Assembly: GCF_004010195.1 (NCBI RefSeq)
Contig: NC_057718.1
Span: forward strand, 38,901,263 to 38,965,262
Direction: 5' to 3'
Source of the DNA: Chiloscyllium plagiosum
Taxonomy: Eukaryota
Length of the DNA: 64,000 nt
Shown here: one piece after another, positions 11,848-25,354 of the stretch
How positions within the stretch are numbered: position 1 is the first letter of the stretch
Layout: every line of letters begins with the position of its first letter
Made by a program: the position numbers and the translations under genes
The notes under the pieces: model-generated
What the model saw: the letters and a program-made list of their open reading frames with translations, nothing else
Databases searched by the model: none
What the model was told of the DNA's origin: nothing

Positions 11848-11882
11848 TTCTTAAATTGTTCTTAAATTGTTCTTAAATTGTT
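11848..11882. repeat. 11-bp tandem repeat (TTCTTAAATTG)x3
   Basis: Read directly from the sequence. Confidence 0.9.
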
Positions 11883-12377
11883 TTATTTTGCTTCTGTGGC
11901 CCTTGATTTATTTGACTATAGCTGTGCCTCCTGTTGCATGTTGCTAAGGTGGCAAAGCTTGACCAGAGTTGCAAGTATGTTGCTTACTTCCAGCTTTCTC
12001 TGCCTGTAAATTGTGCCACTTAAAGTTTTCCCCTTACCCACTAGGATTTCAAATTTACTCATGGGACCTCTGCCATTTGCTCTGTGCTGAAGCTCAGCTC
12101 AGGACCACTCCTCTAGATCACTGGCATTTGATGGAGTATGTCATTGCCTTGCTGGAGTTCCTAGCTCACCTTTGTTGCTGTGCATTTCATAACGCCTGAA
12201 ATGCCTTTACTATCATGTGTAGATCCTGCCTTGTTGAATCATGCCATGAGGTTCTCTTCTGAAAGGCTTGTGAATATTTTAACTCTTCTAATATGCTGAC
12301 TATCTGCAAGAATTCTTAAGACCTGCACTACTGCCAGCATGTTAAAAGAAACGAAACAATTGTCAGACCGGCCTATA

Positions 12378-12545
12378 AGGCTGATCTCTCGTTAGAGTGG
12401 GCTGACTGGTGGTGGTTTAACCTGAGGGTCACCACACCTCAGGTGAGGGGAGATGTTGAGATCAAGTGTTCTGCCCAAGATGTGGGAATTGAACCTGTGC
12501 TGTTGGCATCAGTGCTTTGCAGACCAGCTATCCAGCCAACCAGTT
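12378..12545 (-). mobile_element. tRNA-derived SINE (family with ggttaaaccacca core)
   Basis: Same family as 17195-17365, 23590-23790 and 37243-37445. B-box-like ggttcaattccc on the minus strand. Confidence 0.65.
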
Positions 12546-12997
12546 AATCAGTTCCTTGCTAGTATGTGTATAGGACTCTGCTAAATGAAATTCACACCAC
12601 TTGCCACCATGTTGTAAGATGAATCCTTACCAGTGCTCATTATTATAGAACTAACTGGTAGATTTTCTGCTACCTTCCCCTTTCCTGTTGGCGATCTACA
12701 GGCCCTTCTTGGTCTTGTACTCATTAGTCTAACAAGAACAAGCTGTTTTCTTAAATATGATATAAGTTATTGTACGATAGGAACTATGTATGCATTACAT
12801 TAATATTATAGTTTGTATAACAAGGTATATGAGCAAGATCCCTATGGTTGATTGTACTCCTTTTGTAGTCTGAAGCTCTTCACTTTCTTAAACCCATCAT
12901 CATAATGTCATTGTTATGACATCATCATAATGGGTGGTACTTAAGGCAGTCTGCAATATAAATCATTTCAGACTCTCAAGTCCATATAAGGTAGTAG

Positions 12998-13482
12998 ATT
13001 CTGGATCAATGGTGCTGGAAGAGCACAGCAGTTCAGGCAGCATCCGAGGAGCTTCAGCAAAATCGACGTTTCGGGCAAAAGCCCTTAATCAGGAATAAAG
13101 GCAGAGAGCCTGAAGCGTGGAGAGATAAGCTAGAGGAGGGTGGGGGAGACCTCCAGCTCAACACTGTCCCCTTGTCTTGTCCGGACTTGTCCGACCTGCC
13201 CAGCTCCTTTTCCACCTATCCACTCCACCCTCTCCTCCCTGACCTATCACCTTCATCTCCTCCCCCACTGACCTATTGTACTCTATGCTACTCTCTCCCC
13301 ACCCCCACCCTCCTCTAGCTTATCTCTCCACGCTTCAGGCTCTCTGCCTTTATTCCTGATGAAGAGCTTTTGCCCGAAACGTCGATTTTGCTGAAGCTCC
13401 TCGGATGCTGCCTGAACTACTGTGCTCTTCCAGCATCATTGATCCAGAATCTGGTTTCCAGCATCTGCAGTCATTGTTTTTA
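12998..13482 (+). mobile_element. Penelope-like element terminus with ~150-bp inverted repeat and 16-bp TSD
   Basis: TSD CCATATAAGGTAGTAG at 12982-12997 and 13483-13498. Arms ~12996-13146 and ~13300-13452 are near-perfect reverse complements, each with a hammerhead-like core. Confidence 0.92.
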
Positions 13483-13819
13483 CCATATAAGGTAGTAGTC
13501 AACTCATTTCCTCTACTAATTTTAACTTCTAATACCAGGAATATTTGCTGCAAAATATTATGCCATTTTTTGTTCTTGCCTGCTACATTTAGTTTTATTC
13601 AGAATGGGTTCAGCTCAGATAATTGACAATATTTTAGTATCAGGATTTAGTGTAAGAACCATTGATAGTACTTCAAGATCTTTAGGAAGTCAACATAATA
13701 AGAGTGTACTGTACTTTTGGAAGTTCCTAATTCCCTATAAGGTTTAGGGACTTTTACTGGCCTGGGTTTTGCGGGGGGATTTTGAGCGTGGCCTTTCAGC
13801 ATTTGAGCTCCTATTTATT

Positions 13820-14200
13820 TATTATTTCATGGCATGAAGGCATTGCTGGCAAGGCCAGAATTTGTTGCCTATCCCGAATTGCCCTTGACCTGAGTGGCTT
13901 ACTGGCGATTTCAGAAGGCAGTTAAAAGTTAAACCACATTCTTGTGGGCCTGAGGTCATGTGTAGACAAGACTGGGCAAGGACGGTAGATTTCCTTCCCT
14001 AAAGGGTATTAGTGAACCAGATGGGTCTTTACAACAATTGCTGATAATTGTCATGCTCACCATTACTGAGACTAGCTATTATTTCCAGATTTATTAACAG
14101 AATTCAAATTCCAGTAGCTGCTCAGGTAGGATTTAGACTATTGTCTTGTGAACATTTTCATTACTAGACTAATGACAATATTGCAATGTCACCATCTCCC
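13820..14200 (-). mobile_element. Deu-domain-type (SacSINE-like) SINE
   Basis: Reverse complement of the family at 28773-29105 and 29473-29810 (ctggttcactaat.cccttt.aggga.gga, gcaatt.gg.atgggca.aa). Confidence 0.7.
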
Positions 14201-17194
14201 CTAATGGTATATCACTCACAATGTTGCCAGAGATTCTGCTGTTGATCCTACTCTCTCCATTAATCAACAATCATTGAAATCATTTGATCAGTTGAAAACA
14301 TTCCCTCTCTACAGTCTAATGCCATTAAAAAGTAGCCTCCTTCAGTCAGTTGGAACTGGGGTTTTATATTGCAAGCTGAGTAACTGTTGCTGAACAAAAC
14401 ATGTTGTAATATGTTGGCTCATTGGACAGCTTGACATCACTGCAATGCCATGCTGGAAATCCTCATGGGAAGGCACTACAATCCATTGCATGGTGAGAGA
14501 AAGTAAAGTTCTTGCCAAGGAGATGATTGGATCACTCTCAAAGGATTTTTCAATATCAGAGACAAATGTCTTTGCTCTGTTGCTAATCATACTCAGACAT
14601 TTAGACATTGATTTATGCAATATCACAACAAAGTTATGGAAGAGCGCAGCACTTAAAAATCTGTGACAATCAAGTTTTGGTTAAATTATATTGTCCTTCT
14701 AAAGGTTTGGTTGACTGTGAGAGTCAGAATTATTTTTTTGACTGAGCAATTAAATGTGTTTAAAAAACAGAGTAATTCACTGAAGGTCATATCTTTATGT
14801 AATAGGGGTGTTCCATTTCTAACAAGATCGTTTCTAAATATACTCACCTGCGTATATCATACACTTATCCCAGAATATTTATTGTAAAACTTTATTTTAT
14901 TTGGAATGATTCAAGCTAATGGAAACATCTGTGTTTTCTCCAGAACAACCTGTATTGGTGTTCTCTTAATGTCTCTTACTTTGGTTAGAAGTCACCTGGT
15001 CAGGTGTAGAATTCTATGCTTTGATTTGACAACATTTGTCCTGTCAACTTCAAGAGCCTGGTGATTAACTGCAATGGATCAGTAGTTTTGGGTCTACTCT
15101 GTGCTTGCTTCATCCTTAACATTTTAAAGAACAAACATTTTAGACCTTTGAACATCTCCAATTCTCTCAAGTGAATATGAAAAGTCCTATGGCCTTGTTT
15201 TGAAGAATAAGAGAGGCATGACTAACAGATGTTCCTCAGCCAACAGCAATACAAAAGTTATCTGGTCATTTGCACATTGCTATTTGTGCTACTATGCTGG
15301 GTTCAGTTCCGTTCCAAGAATAATTGCACTTCAACATCACTTTGTTACTCGTTTACCCTTTGGGACTTTCTAGGGTAATGAAAGCTGTTTCACCAATGCC
15401 TGTTTTATTTTTTTCTTCTTTATTTTCAGTACTGTTATTGGTCTTACTATCAAACTATCTACAAAATAAATCAAATGGAGCCCCAATATGTTGTGCCACA
15501 AAATATTGAAACATATATTTGTGCCTGTGACTTTTACAGAGTGGAGGTAAAGCATTTTCCCAGAAAATTGAAGAAAAATTGGACATTAGTCCTTTTTTTA
15601 TTGTTCAAAATTTGATTTAAACATACATTGTAATCATTCCTTTTTTAGTTTTCATCATAGTTGACAGTCAACCTTTCCTGTTTGTTAATTTCAGAAATTA
15701 AGGGTTCATTTGCCTTGCATTGCATTTATTAATCCATTAAACTTCAAAAATACAAACCTTTACATTTTTTGCATAATAAATCTATAAAGCCTTGCAGAGC
15801 TCTGTGCCTACAAATTGCTTGTTAACTATTTGAATGGCAGAAACCTGGTGCTTTACTTGGAGCTTGTGAGGTTTGTATTAGATGATTTACAAAAACAGGA
15901 ATTACAGTATAAAAATTACATCCCAATTATAACACATCATTACAATGCACAGGAGCATTTAGGAACATTTGATTTTATGGTTATATGATATTTTACAGAG
16001 CTGTTAGTCTGCTTTTAATTTCCACATTTGTCCAGTGTTTTGCCTTTGCTTGCCAACCAAGCTGTATTTTGCTCGCTATGTTTATTGATATATCTATTAC
16101 AATGTGTTAATATTTATAATAAATCACCTGCAGACCAACTGTATAATCCTGATTTACATGATAACTAAATTTATTTTCTCTCCACTTTAAAAGCTGTTTT
16201 GCAGTTAACCTATTTGCTCAAATGAATTATATTTTTCACAGCAGTTGCATGTTTAAAACCTAAACTATTTAGAAGTAAGCTTGGGAAGAATTGGTTAGGA
16301 ATTATTGCTCTCTTATTGTACTTCTAGTGCCTTTTCTGCTTAAATGTTACTTTGAGGGCTAGCAGAATTCACAGAGGCCAAAAATGGAACATGTTTTGGT
16401 TCTTGACTTCAACTGTATGCTCTAAATGTTTTGTTTCCTGAATAAAAAATTAAGGATTTGAAATCAATAGACTGAATGTGGCTATGGTGAGATGAATGAT
16501 ACAATCAGGCCTAATGTTCTGTTAGCCGCATTTTAAGTTTTTCTCAGGCAGGATACCATCATCACTATTGCTAGGCAGCAGCGTGTTCACAGTTGACATT
16601 CAGTATTGCTTGTTAAAACACTTTGTGAGCAGTCCGAATCCCCACAAGTGGTGATCTTACCAAAGTCACCATACAAACTAATCATTGAGAAAACTTGATA
16701 TGAAACCAGAGGGGATTCTTGGCAGGTTCAACTTGCCACTTGCTTCAAAAGAACTCCATGAGCACCAATGTTTTGGGCATTCTCCATTGACAGCAGTCAC
16801 ACATCATCTATGGACATTAGCATCTGACATGTGCCAGCTTCTATCTCCTCTCATCCCACATCTCTGGTCCACTTACAAGATGCCTCCTAATTTCAGTGTT
16901 GCACCTCTGGCTGCACAGGCAACAATCATTGTAATGCTATTTATGCTCAGGGACATACTGTCAGCTCACAGTATGCATCAGGCTGCATATCTGGCTGTTC
17001 ACTTGCTGTTATAGTGCTCACTCACTCTAAGCAGCATGCCTACCTTTGGATTCAAATCCAAATGTCTAGATTTGTTCTGTGGTACTGTCAAAATTATAAC
17101 TTACATTAAAGTTATGACTCCAAACAAATTTGCCTAACCGTGCCATTGTAATAAAAGGACTTGCCCTGGTGGCCATACTTCAGAAAAGGGGTAA

Positions 17195-17365
17195 ATTAGC
17201 TCACTTGGTTGGACAGCCAGTTTGCAGTACAGAGTGCGTGAGTTCAATTCCCATACCAGCTGAGTTTACCATGAAGGACTCTCCTTATCAATCTCTCCCC
17301 TGACCTGAGCTGAGGTGACCTTGGGTTAAACCACCACAAATTGTCTCTGTCAATGATGGAATGAC
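17195..17365 (+). mobile_element. tRNA-derived SINE
   Basis: A-box-like tagctcacttgg, B-box-like gagttcaattccc, core ggttaaaccaccac. Confidence 0.65.
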
Positions 17366-17621
17366 TGTATGACACCAGTCATGGAGGATAGACACTGCAA
17401 ATAGATCCTGACCGAAGGAATGATTGCACAACAGTGGGAAGACTTCTTGAACTGCTACAGTCCACCTTCTGTGGGTTGGCCCACAATGCCATTGGAGATT
17501 TTAATCCAGCAACAGTGAAGGAATAGTGATATATTTCCAAGTAAGGATAGTGAGTGGCTTAGAGGGGAACCTAATGATGGTGGTGTTCCCATGGATCTGC
17601 TGCGCTTGACCTTCTAGATGT

Positions 17622-17955
17622 AGGGCAGCACAATGGCTCAGTGGTTAGCACTGCTGCCTCACAGCGCCAGGGACCTGGTTTTGATTTCAGCCTCGGGCGA
17701 CTATCTTTGTAGAGTTTGCACACAGTTTCTGCGTGAGTTTCATCTGGGTGCTCTGGTTTACTTCCACATTTCCAAAGATGTGCAGGTTAGGTGAATTGGC
17801 TGTGTTAAATTGCCCATAGTGTTCAGGGATGTGTAGGTTAGGTGCATTTGTTAGGCGTAAATAAAGGGTAGAGGAATGGGTCTGGGTAGGTTACTTTTCG
17901 GAGAGTCATTGTCAACTTGAAGGGCCTATTTCCACACTGTAGGGATTGTATGATT
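17622..17955 (+). mobile_element. Shark V-SINE (HE1-like), full length, diverged
   Basis: Head tggctcagtggttagcactgctgcctcacagcgccaggga, V-domain, tail ttccacactgtagggatt. Confidence 0.88.
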
Positions 17956-18299
17956 CTGTGAATGAGAGAGCAGCCCATTTGATGATAGAGAATTTTGCAC
18001 ACCCATAGTTGTGCTTTGTAAATGAAAGTGTGTTCTTTTAGTTTTTTACTCCAGATTTGCATTTTCTAGACTTGCTTTATTATACATTGCTCTCTCAGCC
18101 AGAGATAACGGGCTCATGTTGCTACTGCCTTCCTGCACCATTTAGCGCATGCATAAAGTCACAAAACTTGCCACAGTTGCAGCAGGCCTAAGTCCATTCA
18201 AGAGATGTAGCCTTTGCTAAGGGAATTCTGGCCCAGCAAGTTGAGGGCAGCCTTCTTTTCCAGTCCAGGCCCTACTTGGGTGGTCATAGTTAGGATCCC

Positions 18300-19080
18300 C
18301 TCCACATAAGAGATGAAGAGACAAATGACGGGCAGCGCACTACCTGTCTTGACACTTTTTGCCTTTATTGGGCTGTTTTGCTCCTGGAGCGGGAGAGAAA
18401 GATAATATGTTCGATGAAAGTGGGTGGTACAGATATTTCTGTTGGTGCAGTTGGGGACATTTCTCAAGCAAATGAGGTAGGCTGTGAAAAGGGTGTGTAG
18501 CATTAGTGGTGTCACAGGTAAGGATGGGTGAGAGCGAATGGAAAAGCATGTGTTAGTGAGAGTTGTTGAGCATGAGCCTGGATAGGAGGTGGATACAGTA
18601 GCATAGAGTGAGTGAGTGAGAATTATCAGAGAGAAAATGATGGTATTTATGCTGGCAGAATGGAGAAGGACAAGGATGTCTTCCTGCAGAGCTGGGCATT
18701 CTTTTCGATTGCGTAAACAGGGTAGCAACCTCTGAGAAGCTGGGCATGGTCTGTTTGTCGTAGGGGAAGGTGAAATCCCACCTATGCTCTACTCTGTCCA
18801 GCAGGACTTCCAGGGCCATGTTCACAAAAGGGACACTGATTTCCTGTCAGCTATGTTTGTGGCAAATGTCAGGGAACCATTCAGGGCAGCTCCAAGCAAA
18901 CCGTGCTTGTCTGGTTTCACAGAGGCTTTTTACATATGGTGCAGCACCAAGGTTGAGGGTCCATTCCAGGATCTTTGGCGAGTGGTAAATTGCTGTGGGA
19001 AAAGTACGTGGTAAGATGGGGCAAAAATTGGACAAGGAATTTGCCATAAGAGCTGAAATGTCCAATTAATGTAACAAGTT
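18300..19080 (-). mobile_element. Probable PIF/Harbinger remnant (Myb/SANT-like ORF fragment)
   Basis: Peptide MALEVLLDRVEHRWDFTFPYD...FSEVAT (ORF 18553..18825) resembles the start of Harbinger Myb/SANT-like proteins. Decayed, with no clear TIRs. Confidence 0.45.
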
Positions 19081-20901
19081 TGGAAAAATACGGCACGAAA
19101 ACTTGCTTGGCTTTGCAGTGAGGGTCACTTCATGAAACTTGATGTGACTTAATCAAAAACCAGAAGGTTCAGCCCAACTTTAGTGGGGTGACTTCAGTGG
19201 AAAAGACTGAAATTTAAAAAGCAGTGGTAAATGAGATTTAGCAGACTTGCTTACCATTTATTCATTGAATGGTGTGGGCAAAATAGTTTTGAAAATACTG
19301 ATGAATTTAAGGTAGAAAGAATTGATTGGAAAGTTTGGTCTAAATATTGCCTTTACTGTTAATATTTATGTGATTGTCAAAATATTTAACCAGATTCTTT
19401 CAGAGCAACAGCAGTGACCAGGAATAGCTGTCTGGCAAACAGCCTGCTGTATAATTAAGATCCACAAAATTGCACCATCTTCTGTAAAGGTGTTATATAA
19501 ATGTAAGTTGCTATATTAGTTGGAATCACAGTTCTTGTGAAATTTTGGCGTTTGAATTTTGACTTTATTATATGGATAGTTCAGTGGATTTCCTATATTG
19601 TTATTAAGTTGTATATTTTGAAACATGTTGTGATACAACTGATGTGGCATATTATGGAAACCATGGTCATTTTTCTTCAAAGTGTTCTTCTTAATTTGTT
19701 TTGAGTTGTCTTTTTGCATATTTCAGTTTACAATGTCAAAAATGACATCATCTTAATTATGGAATCGCTACTATATACTTTACAATTCACATGGGGCTAA
19801 ATTTGAATCAATCCAATGGCTTAAACTTGGGGTAATTGGCCACATGTGTCCGACAAGACATTGCAGAAAAAGGTTGGGCTGTAACATTTACAAGTAAATT
19901 TTTTTTCATGCTATAATTGGTTACATCAAACAACCTCTCTGTTCCTGAAATTTAAGTTTGAGTGTGAATTCTCATTTTTCAGGTTATTCTTGGGAAGTTG
20001 ATTTCTCTGCCTCTTTTAGTTTTTTTTTCTCCTTTTTCTCTTTATCCATTTTTAAAAAATTCATTCAGGGAATCTGGGCTTTCCTGGTTGGGCTGGCATT
20101 TATTGCCCATCTATTAATTCCCTGAAGAAGGCATCTCTAACTTCTCCAGGGCAATAATGGAAAGGCAATAATGCTGGCCCATCCAGGAAAGCCGATGTTC
20201 CTGAATGAATCTTTTTAAAAAAATAGATAAAAAGGAGTGAGTGCACTAATGCAAAACCACAATGTCTAGATGGAATACTGCAGAGAGCTGGTGAATAAAC
20301 AAATATTGCCTGAGCATGCTCACAATACCACAACATTGCGTTGCACTGACAACTGTGAATGATGTTCTCAGTGAACTGTGCTAATCCTTGCAGAGAAGCT
20401 GTTTGATGACAATTGAAGCTGTGCAGTTTGCAAAGGTCAATAAACTGAATACTCACTCAGTAGCGAGGTGAATGTATTTATTGGAGTGATGAAGTTAAGA
20501 AGGTCCTGATTGCTCTTGATAGTGATGTAAGCCTTCCATTTATTCAACTGCTGCGTGAGCACCTGGAAAGCAGATTTCCAAAAGAGAAATTACGAGAATG
20601 CCATGCATTTGATTAGGCTGTAAATATGAAGACAACCAATTATGAATTTGAAAAAATTATTTTGTAATCCACTTTTATACTCAGCTATGACAAAAGTTAA
20701 GCCACAAAGATACGCTCACACTTGGACTTCAAATTTATGGTTGTAGAAAAAAATCAAGATGCATTCCATTCAGACACTGTGATTCAGTGGACTGTGCTGT
20801 AAAAGATGACCAGTTTCTGGAAATGTCCATTCTTCTGGACATTTGAGCAACATTTCAGCTATCAGGTGCATTTGTGAGCATAGACTTAGCCTCATGAACT
20901 T

Positions 20902-21380
20902 AGAGTCATAGAGATGTACAGTACAAAACCAGGCCCTTGGGTCCAACTTGTCCTTGCTGACCAGATATCCTAAATTAATCTAGTCCCATTTGCCAGCACT
21001 TGGCCATGTCGCTCTAAACCCTTCCTGTTCGTATACCCATCTAGATTCCTTTTAAACGTTACCAGCTTCCACAACTTCCTTTGATAGCTCACTCCATACA
21101 TTCACCACCTTCTGCATGAAAACATTGCCCCTGAGCTCCCTTTGAAATTTTTCCTCCTCACCCTAAACTTATGCCATCTAGTTCTGGACACCCCCACCCC
21201 AGGGAAGGGACCTTGTCTGATTATACCATCCATGCCCCTCATGATTTTATTAACCTCTATAAGGTCACTCCTCAGTCTCTAATACTCCCAGGGAAAACAG
21301 TCCCAGCCTATTCAGCTTCTTACTTTAGCTCAAACTCTCCAACCCTGGTAACATCATTGTAAATCTTTTCTGAACCCTTT
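20902..21380 (-). mobile_element. CR1 LINE 3' end (HER1-like)
   Basis: Tail tgtacatctctatgactct on the minus strand. Same family as 46057-46900 and 61535-62372. Confidence 0.9.
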
Positions 21381-21814
21381 GATTAAGTGCAGAGTCCAGA
21401 AAGAGATTAGAAAAAGATTACTTGGGCAATTGATGCAAATTAAGTTGTACATTTCATCTGGATAGAATTTCAACTCGAATGCAGCATATAATCATTGAGC
21501 AGGAAATAAAGATAGACAAGCTGGCAACAAAGGAGTGAATAATTACGTGCCCTTTTTTGGACATGTAGTGCATGTGGTATACATAGCACCAGCATTAAAT
21601 TGCTCCCCAGACTTCTGAGCCAAGCAAACAATTTTGATTATTTAGCAGGTAGAATGTCTGTAGTTATAAAATAATAATATATTTGCACATTATTTTCACA
21701 ATTTGATTATTAGCTATTAAAAGTTGCGAAATTATTTCCGCTCAGTGGGATGCAAGATGTGCTCAGACTACACTGGGTTCTGCACCAGTGCCAGAAAAAT
21801 TTGAGGGAACATTG

Positions 21815-22380
21815 TGGTGGTGATCTGCCTTCTTGAATTACTGCAGTACATTTGGTGTAGTTATACACACAATACTGCTAGGGAAGGGCTCCAGGATTTT
21901 TAACCCAGTGACAGTGTAAGAATAATGATATATTTCCAAATCAGGGTAGTGAGTGGCTTTGAGAAGAACTTGCAGATGGAGTTGTTAATATCTATCTGCT
22001 GGTCTTGTCCTCTGAGGTGGTGATGATCATGAAATTGGAAGATGCTGTGTAAGAAACTGTACTGAATTTCTACAGTTCATCTTCGAATGGTATGCGTTGC
22101 TGCAACTGTGTGTTGGTGTAGGGAGTGAATGTTTGTGGATGTGCCGATTGACTGGGCTGCTTTATTTTGCATGTTGGCAAATTTCTTGAGTATGGTGCAT
22201 AACAGATGATGGACAGGCTTTGGCAAGTCAGATGGTTAGTTTTCACTGAAGGATCCCTAGCCTCTGACTGTTTCTTGGAGCCACAGTATTTATGTGGCTA
22301 GTCCAGTTTAGTTTCTGGTCAGTGGTAATCCTTGTGATGTTGATTTTGAGATATTCAGCAATGGTAATGCCATTGAATGT
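21815..22380 (-). mobile_element. Old interspersed retroposon fragment (second partial copy at ~17440-17620)
   Basis: Shared motifs ccag.gacagtg.aagaata.tgatatatttccaa.t.agg.tagtgagtggctt in both places. Family and strand are uncertain. Confidence 0.55.
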
Positions 22381-23251
22381 TCGCCTTTTTCTTTATTTTG
22401 CTTTTGATATGTGATTGAGATGCAATTCATATTTCCTTCTCTTAGTTCCTGGTTAGACTCTGCAGGCCCAGTTTTAATCTATTTAAAACCAATGCCTCAC
22501 TGAGGATTGTTCAATCTGGTTGACCAGCCTTGCTCCTTCTTGCCCTGTTAACACATGCCATGTATATACTGTAGAGGATGCTGTACTGAAATTACTGCTG
22601 GATTAGAACAAGTCTTTACTTAAAAAGCTTGAAAAAAACATTGTTTTATGGTTATCAGCAAGTTGAACAGAGAATTCATTCACCGCTGACTGCAAAATGT
22701 CTTTGACTTGACTAAACTGACCAAAAGTGAAAGTATCTATTAGTCTTTGTACTTCAAACTGAACTTTGCAAATTGAGTGGATATTGAGATTATAAAATAT
22801 GCATATGAAGGAATATGTGAAATTCTAGTTCTTAAAATATACATTCTTAGAATTTACAGCATAATGGAATGACAGTAGGTTCTGCAGATTTGCACTGGAG
22901 ATTAGTATTTCTTCAGCTGGAACACCTTAAGCATCTCTTAAATGATCCTTCACCTTCCAAGTGTGCTACATTTGAGGTCACCCCATTGATCTGTTTGTTA
23001 ATCAGAATTAGATCAAGTACTGTACCCTTAATGATCTAATACTTTATGGGTGAAGTGATATTCTTAATTATTTGATTTTGTGCATTTTAGCAATTCTGAC
23101 TGTATTGCAATGCCAAACAATGCAGCAGAGCTCTAATCCCAATTTGTTTTTGATTTCAGATTATTAATTGAAATCCCAGTTTTAAAAAAATCAGTTTTTC
23201 ACAGTTGATCTGAAGTATGTTGCTATATTCTGTGTTTTTCATTTCTGACAG

Positions 23252-23319
23252 ATTATGAAGAAGAACTTGATGCTGAATTTGGATTTGAAAAAGGATTCTT
23301 TATTTGGGGTTTTAAGAAG
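23252..23319 (+). CDS. HHAT: HHAT coding exon 2 (NYEEELDAEFGFEKGFFIWGFKK), 68 nt
   Basis: Acceptor tttctgacag, donor gtaatt. Phase 1 to 0 fits both neighbours. Matches HHAT HEEELDQEFELE..GGLKK. Confidence 0.95.
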
Positions 23320-23589
23320 GTAATTTAGTCTTCAGTGATTAATTATGTTGGTTTGATTTTGTAAGTAATACCGAATGCATGATGTAGGTATTATTTCAAG
23401 CACTTAATATGATTTTCAATACTCTCATTGCAAAATCTAGAGATTTTCAAATCCAAATGTTTGGATTTGTTCTTGGTGCTGTGGAAATGATAGCTTATAT
23501 TAAAGTTATAACTTCAAACAGATTTTGCCAATCATACCATTCCAAAACAAAAAGAGACTTGCAGTGGTGACTATACTTCAAAAAGAGGA

Positions 23590-23790
23590 TGGGTTGGTTC
23601 TCTTGGCTGGAGAGCTGGCTTGCAGTACTGAGTGTGAGTTCAATTCCTGTACCAGCTCAGATTACCATGAAAGACTCTCCCACCATTCCCCCTTGTCTGA
23701 GGAGCTGTGGTAGCCTTAGGTTAAACCACTACCAGATGTCTCTCTCTAATGAGAGAACAGCCCTATGCTCTGGCAGGACTTTGGTAGCTT
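23590..23790 (+). mobile_element. tRNA-derived SINE
   Basis: gagttcaattcctgtaccagct...ccttaggttaaaccactacca, same family as 17195-17365. Confidence 0.65.
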
Positions 23791-24464
23791 TACCTTGTAC
23801 TACAAAAGCACTTCATTGACTATCTAGAGTTTTGACTACCCATAGGTTGTTAATCTTGCTTTGTAAATGAAAGTCTGTTCTTTTAGTTTGTTGCATTTTG
23901 GCTTCACTTCAGCTTTGACTCTCCCATCCTTGCCCTCCTCACTTTTCTGATCTAAAGGACTTAGCTAATTTGTCCTATAAGCATGTTAACTTGCATGTGC
24001 ATGGTGTGGTCCTAGACAGAATGGACTCATGCCAGAGGTAGGACCTCTATTATGAATTTAAATGTTTCAAAATGTTTCTTTTTACTGTTGGTAAAGCCTG
24101 CATATGCGTGCAATAGAATAGAAAAGGATCTTTTAAAAATCACAGATGTCAGATATATAATTGAACAGAGTGCGCACAAAAACCACAGCTTCCGGTGTAC
24201 AATGTACAGGTGTATAATTGGTCATTTGCTCCCTGGCCTGGGAGGTGAAGAAAACAATTGGCTACTTTTTTCATTGTTGGTTTCCTGGAATTCTTGCTGG
24301 AAAGTATATATTTAAATTAGTAAGTTGGATGTGGACAGAATCTGGCTTCGCTTTGATATTAATCCTGATCTATTTGGAATTCCATAGAAGCAAACAGTTC
24401 CTTTGGACAGCATTTTTATGTTTTGAGTTATTTTTGGATAACTAATCCTTGCAACACTTTTCAG

Positions 24465-24578
24465 GACCCAACAGACTTTGAATGGAGCTTTTGGACAGAG
24501 TGGACAAAGAACTTGCTGGTGTGGACTCTGCTTGGTCATATAATTGTATCACAAGTGACCATAGCCTTTTTTCCAAAG
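24465..24578 (+). CDS. HHAT: HHAT coding exon 3 (DPTDFEWSFWTEWTKNLLVWTLLGHIIVSQVTIAFFPK), 114 nt
   Basis: Acceptor ttttcag, donor gtttgt. Contains the HHAT/GUP1-type DxTDFEWSFW motif. Confidence 0.97.
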
Positions 24579-24824
24579 GTTTGTACTTTCTGTTAAAACT
24601 ATAATCAAAATATACACATTTACTTTACAGAATATCTATGTGGAAGAGGAGGGTCATATTACAAATAACAGAACTTTTCATCCTCCGAAACATAAATCTA
24701 ATATCTGTTATGTAAATAAGTATAAAACCTTTTGTTTCTATTGCTAAATATTTAGTGAATTACAGGTGTGTTTTTCCATGTGGAATGTTCTCTGGACAAA
24801 TGGAAACTGAAAGAGTTTGAACGT

Positions 24825-25085
24825 TGGACTGTCTATGTGGAATTTGCACATTCTCCCCGTGTCTGCGTGGGTTTCTTCCAGGTGTTCCGATTTGCTCCCA
24901 AAGATATGATGGTTAGGTGGATTGCTCATACTAAATTGTCCGGGGAGTGTGTGGGCTGGGTAAGTTGGCCATGGGAAATGCAGGCACAAGGTAGGGGGAT
25001 GGGTCTTGGTGGGGTGGTCTTCAGAGGGTCAGTGTGGACTTGATGAGCTGAATGGTCTGCTTCCTGCGCTGTAAGGGTTCTATGA
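24825..25085 (+). mobile_element. V-SINE, 5'-truncated
   Basis: gtggaatttgcacattctccccgtgtctgcgtgggtttc V-domain through the tail. Confidence 0.85.
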
Positions 25086-25354
25086 AAGGTTTAGGCTAAA
25101 CATAAATGAGATCTGTATGAAAAATGCTCATTAGTAGGGATGAGCATATACTATAAAACATAACAAAAGAGTATGTCAAATATTTGCATAGTCGTGCCAA
25201 CATTACCCAATATGATGGTTATGCTATACTTTTGCATTAAGTTATGCTTTAAATGTGTTATATGTAATGAGAGGAAATAATGTATTCGAGTGGATGCAGG
25301 CACATGCAGAGCATTTCTAGATAGTGCCTGTACAATAGGTAGTATTTGGACGGT

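Larger units (their letters stand above)
10690..12900 (-). mobile_element. Decayed Gypsy element: LTR end and PBS at ~12610, long leader, gag remnant at ~10700-11210
   Basis: Minus strand reads ...acaaca|tggtggcaagtgg (LTR end plus PBS-like). Frameshifted gag-like peptides: RYRIVSRLDTK..KVKALSYTVG, VLKVYDIYFNPK, DSFIIDLDSLVE, VIGIADDCSDLLLSKTDFILEKTI. Outer LTR boundary not determined. Confidence 0.7.

Noticed and set aside
21580..21815. hAT-like MITE ending gagggaacattg
   Set aside because: Only one convincing TIR-like end and no TSD.
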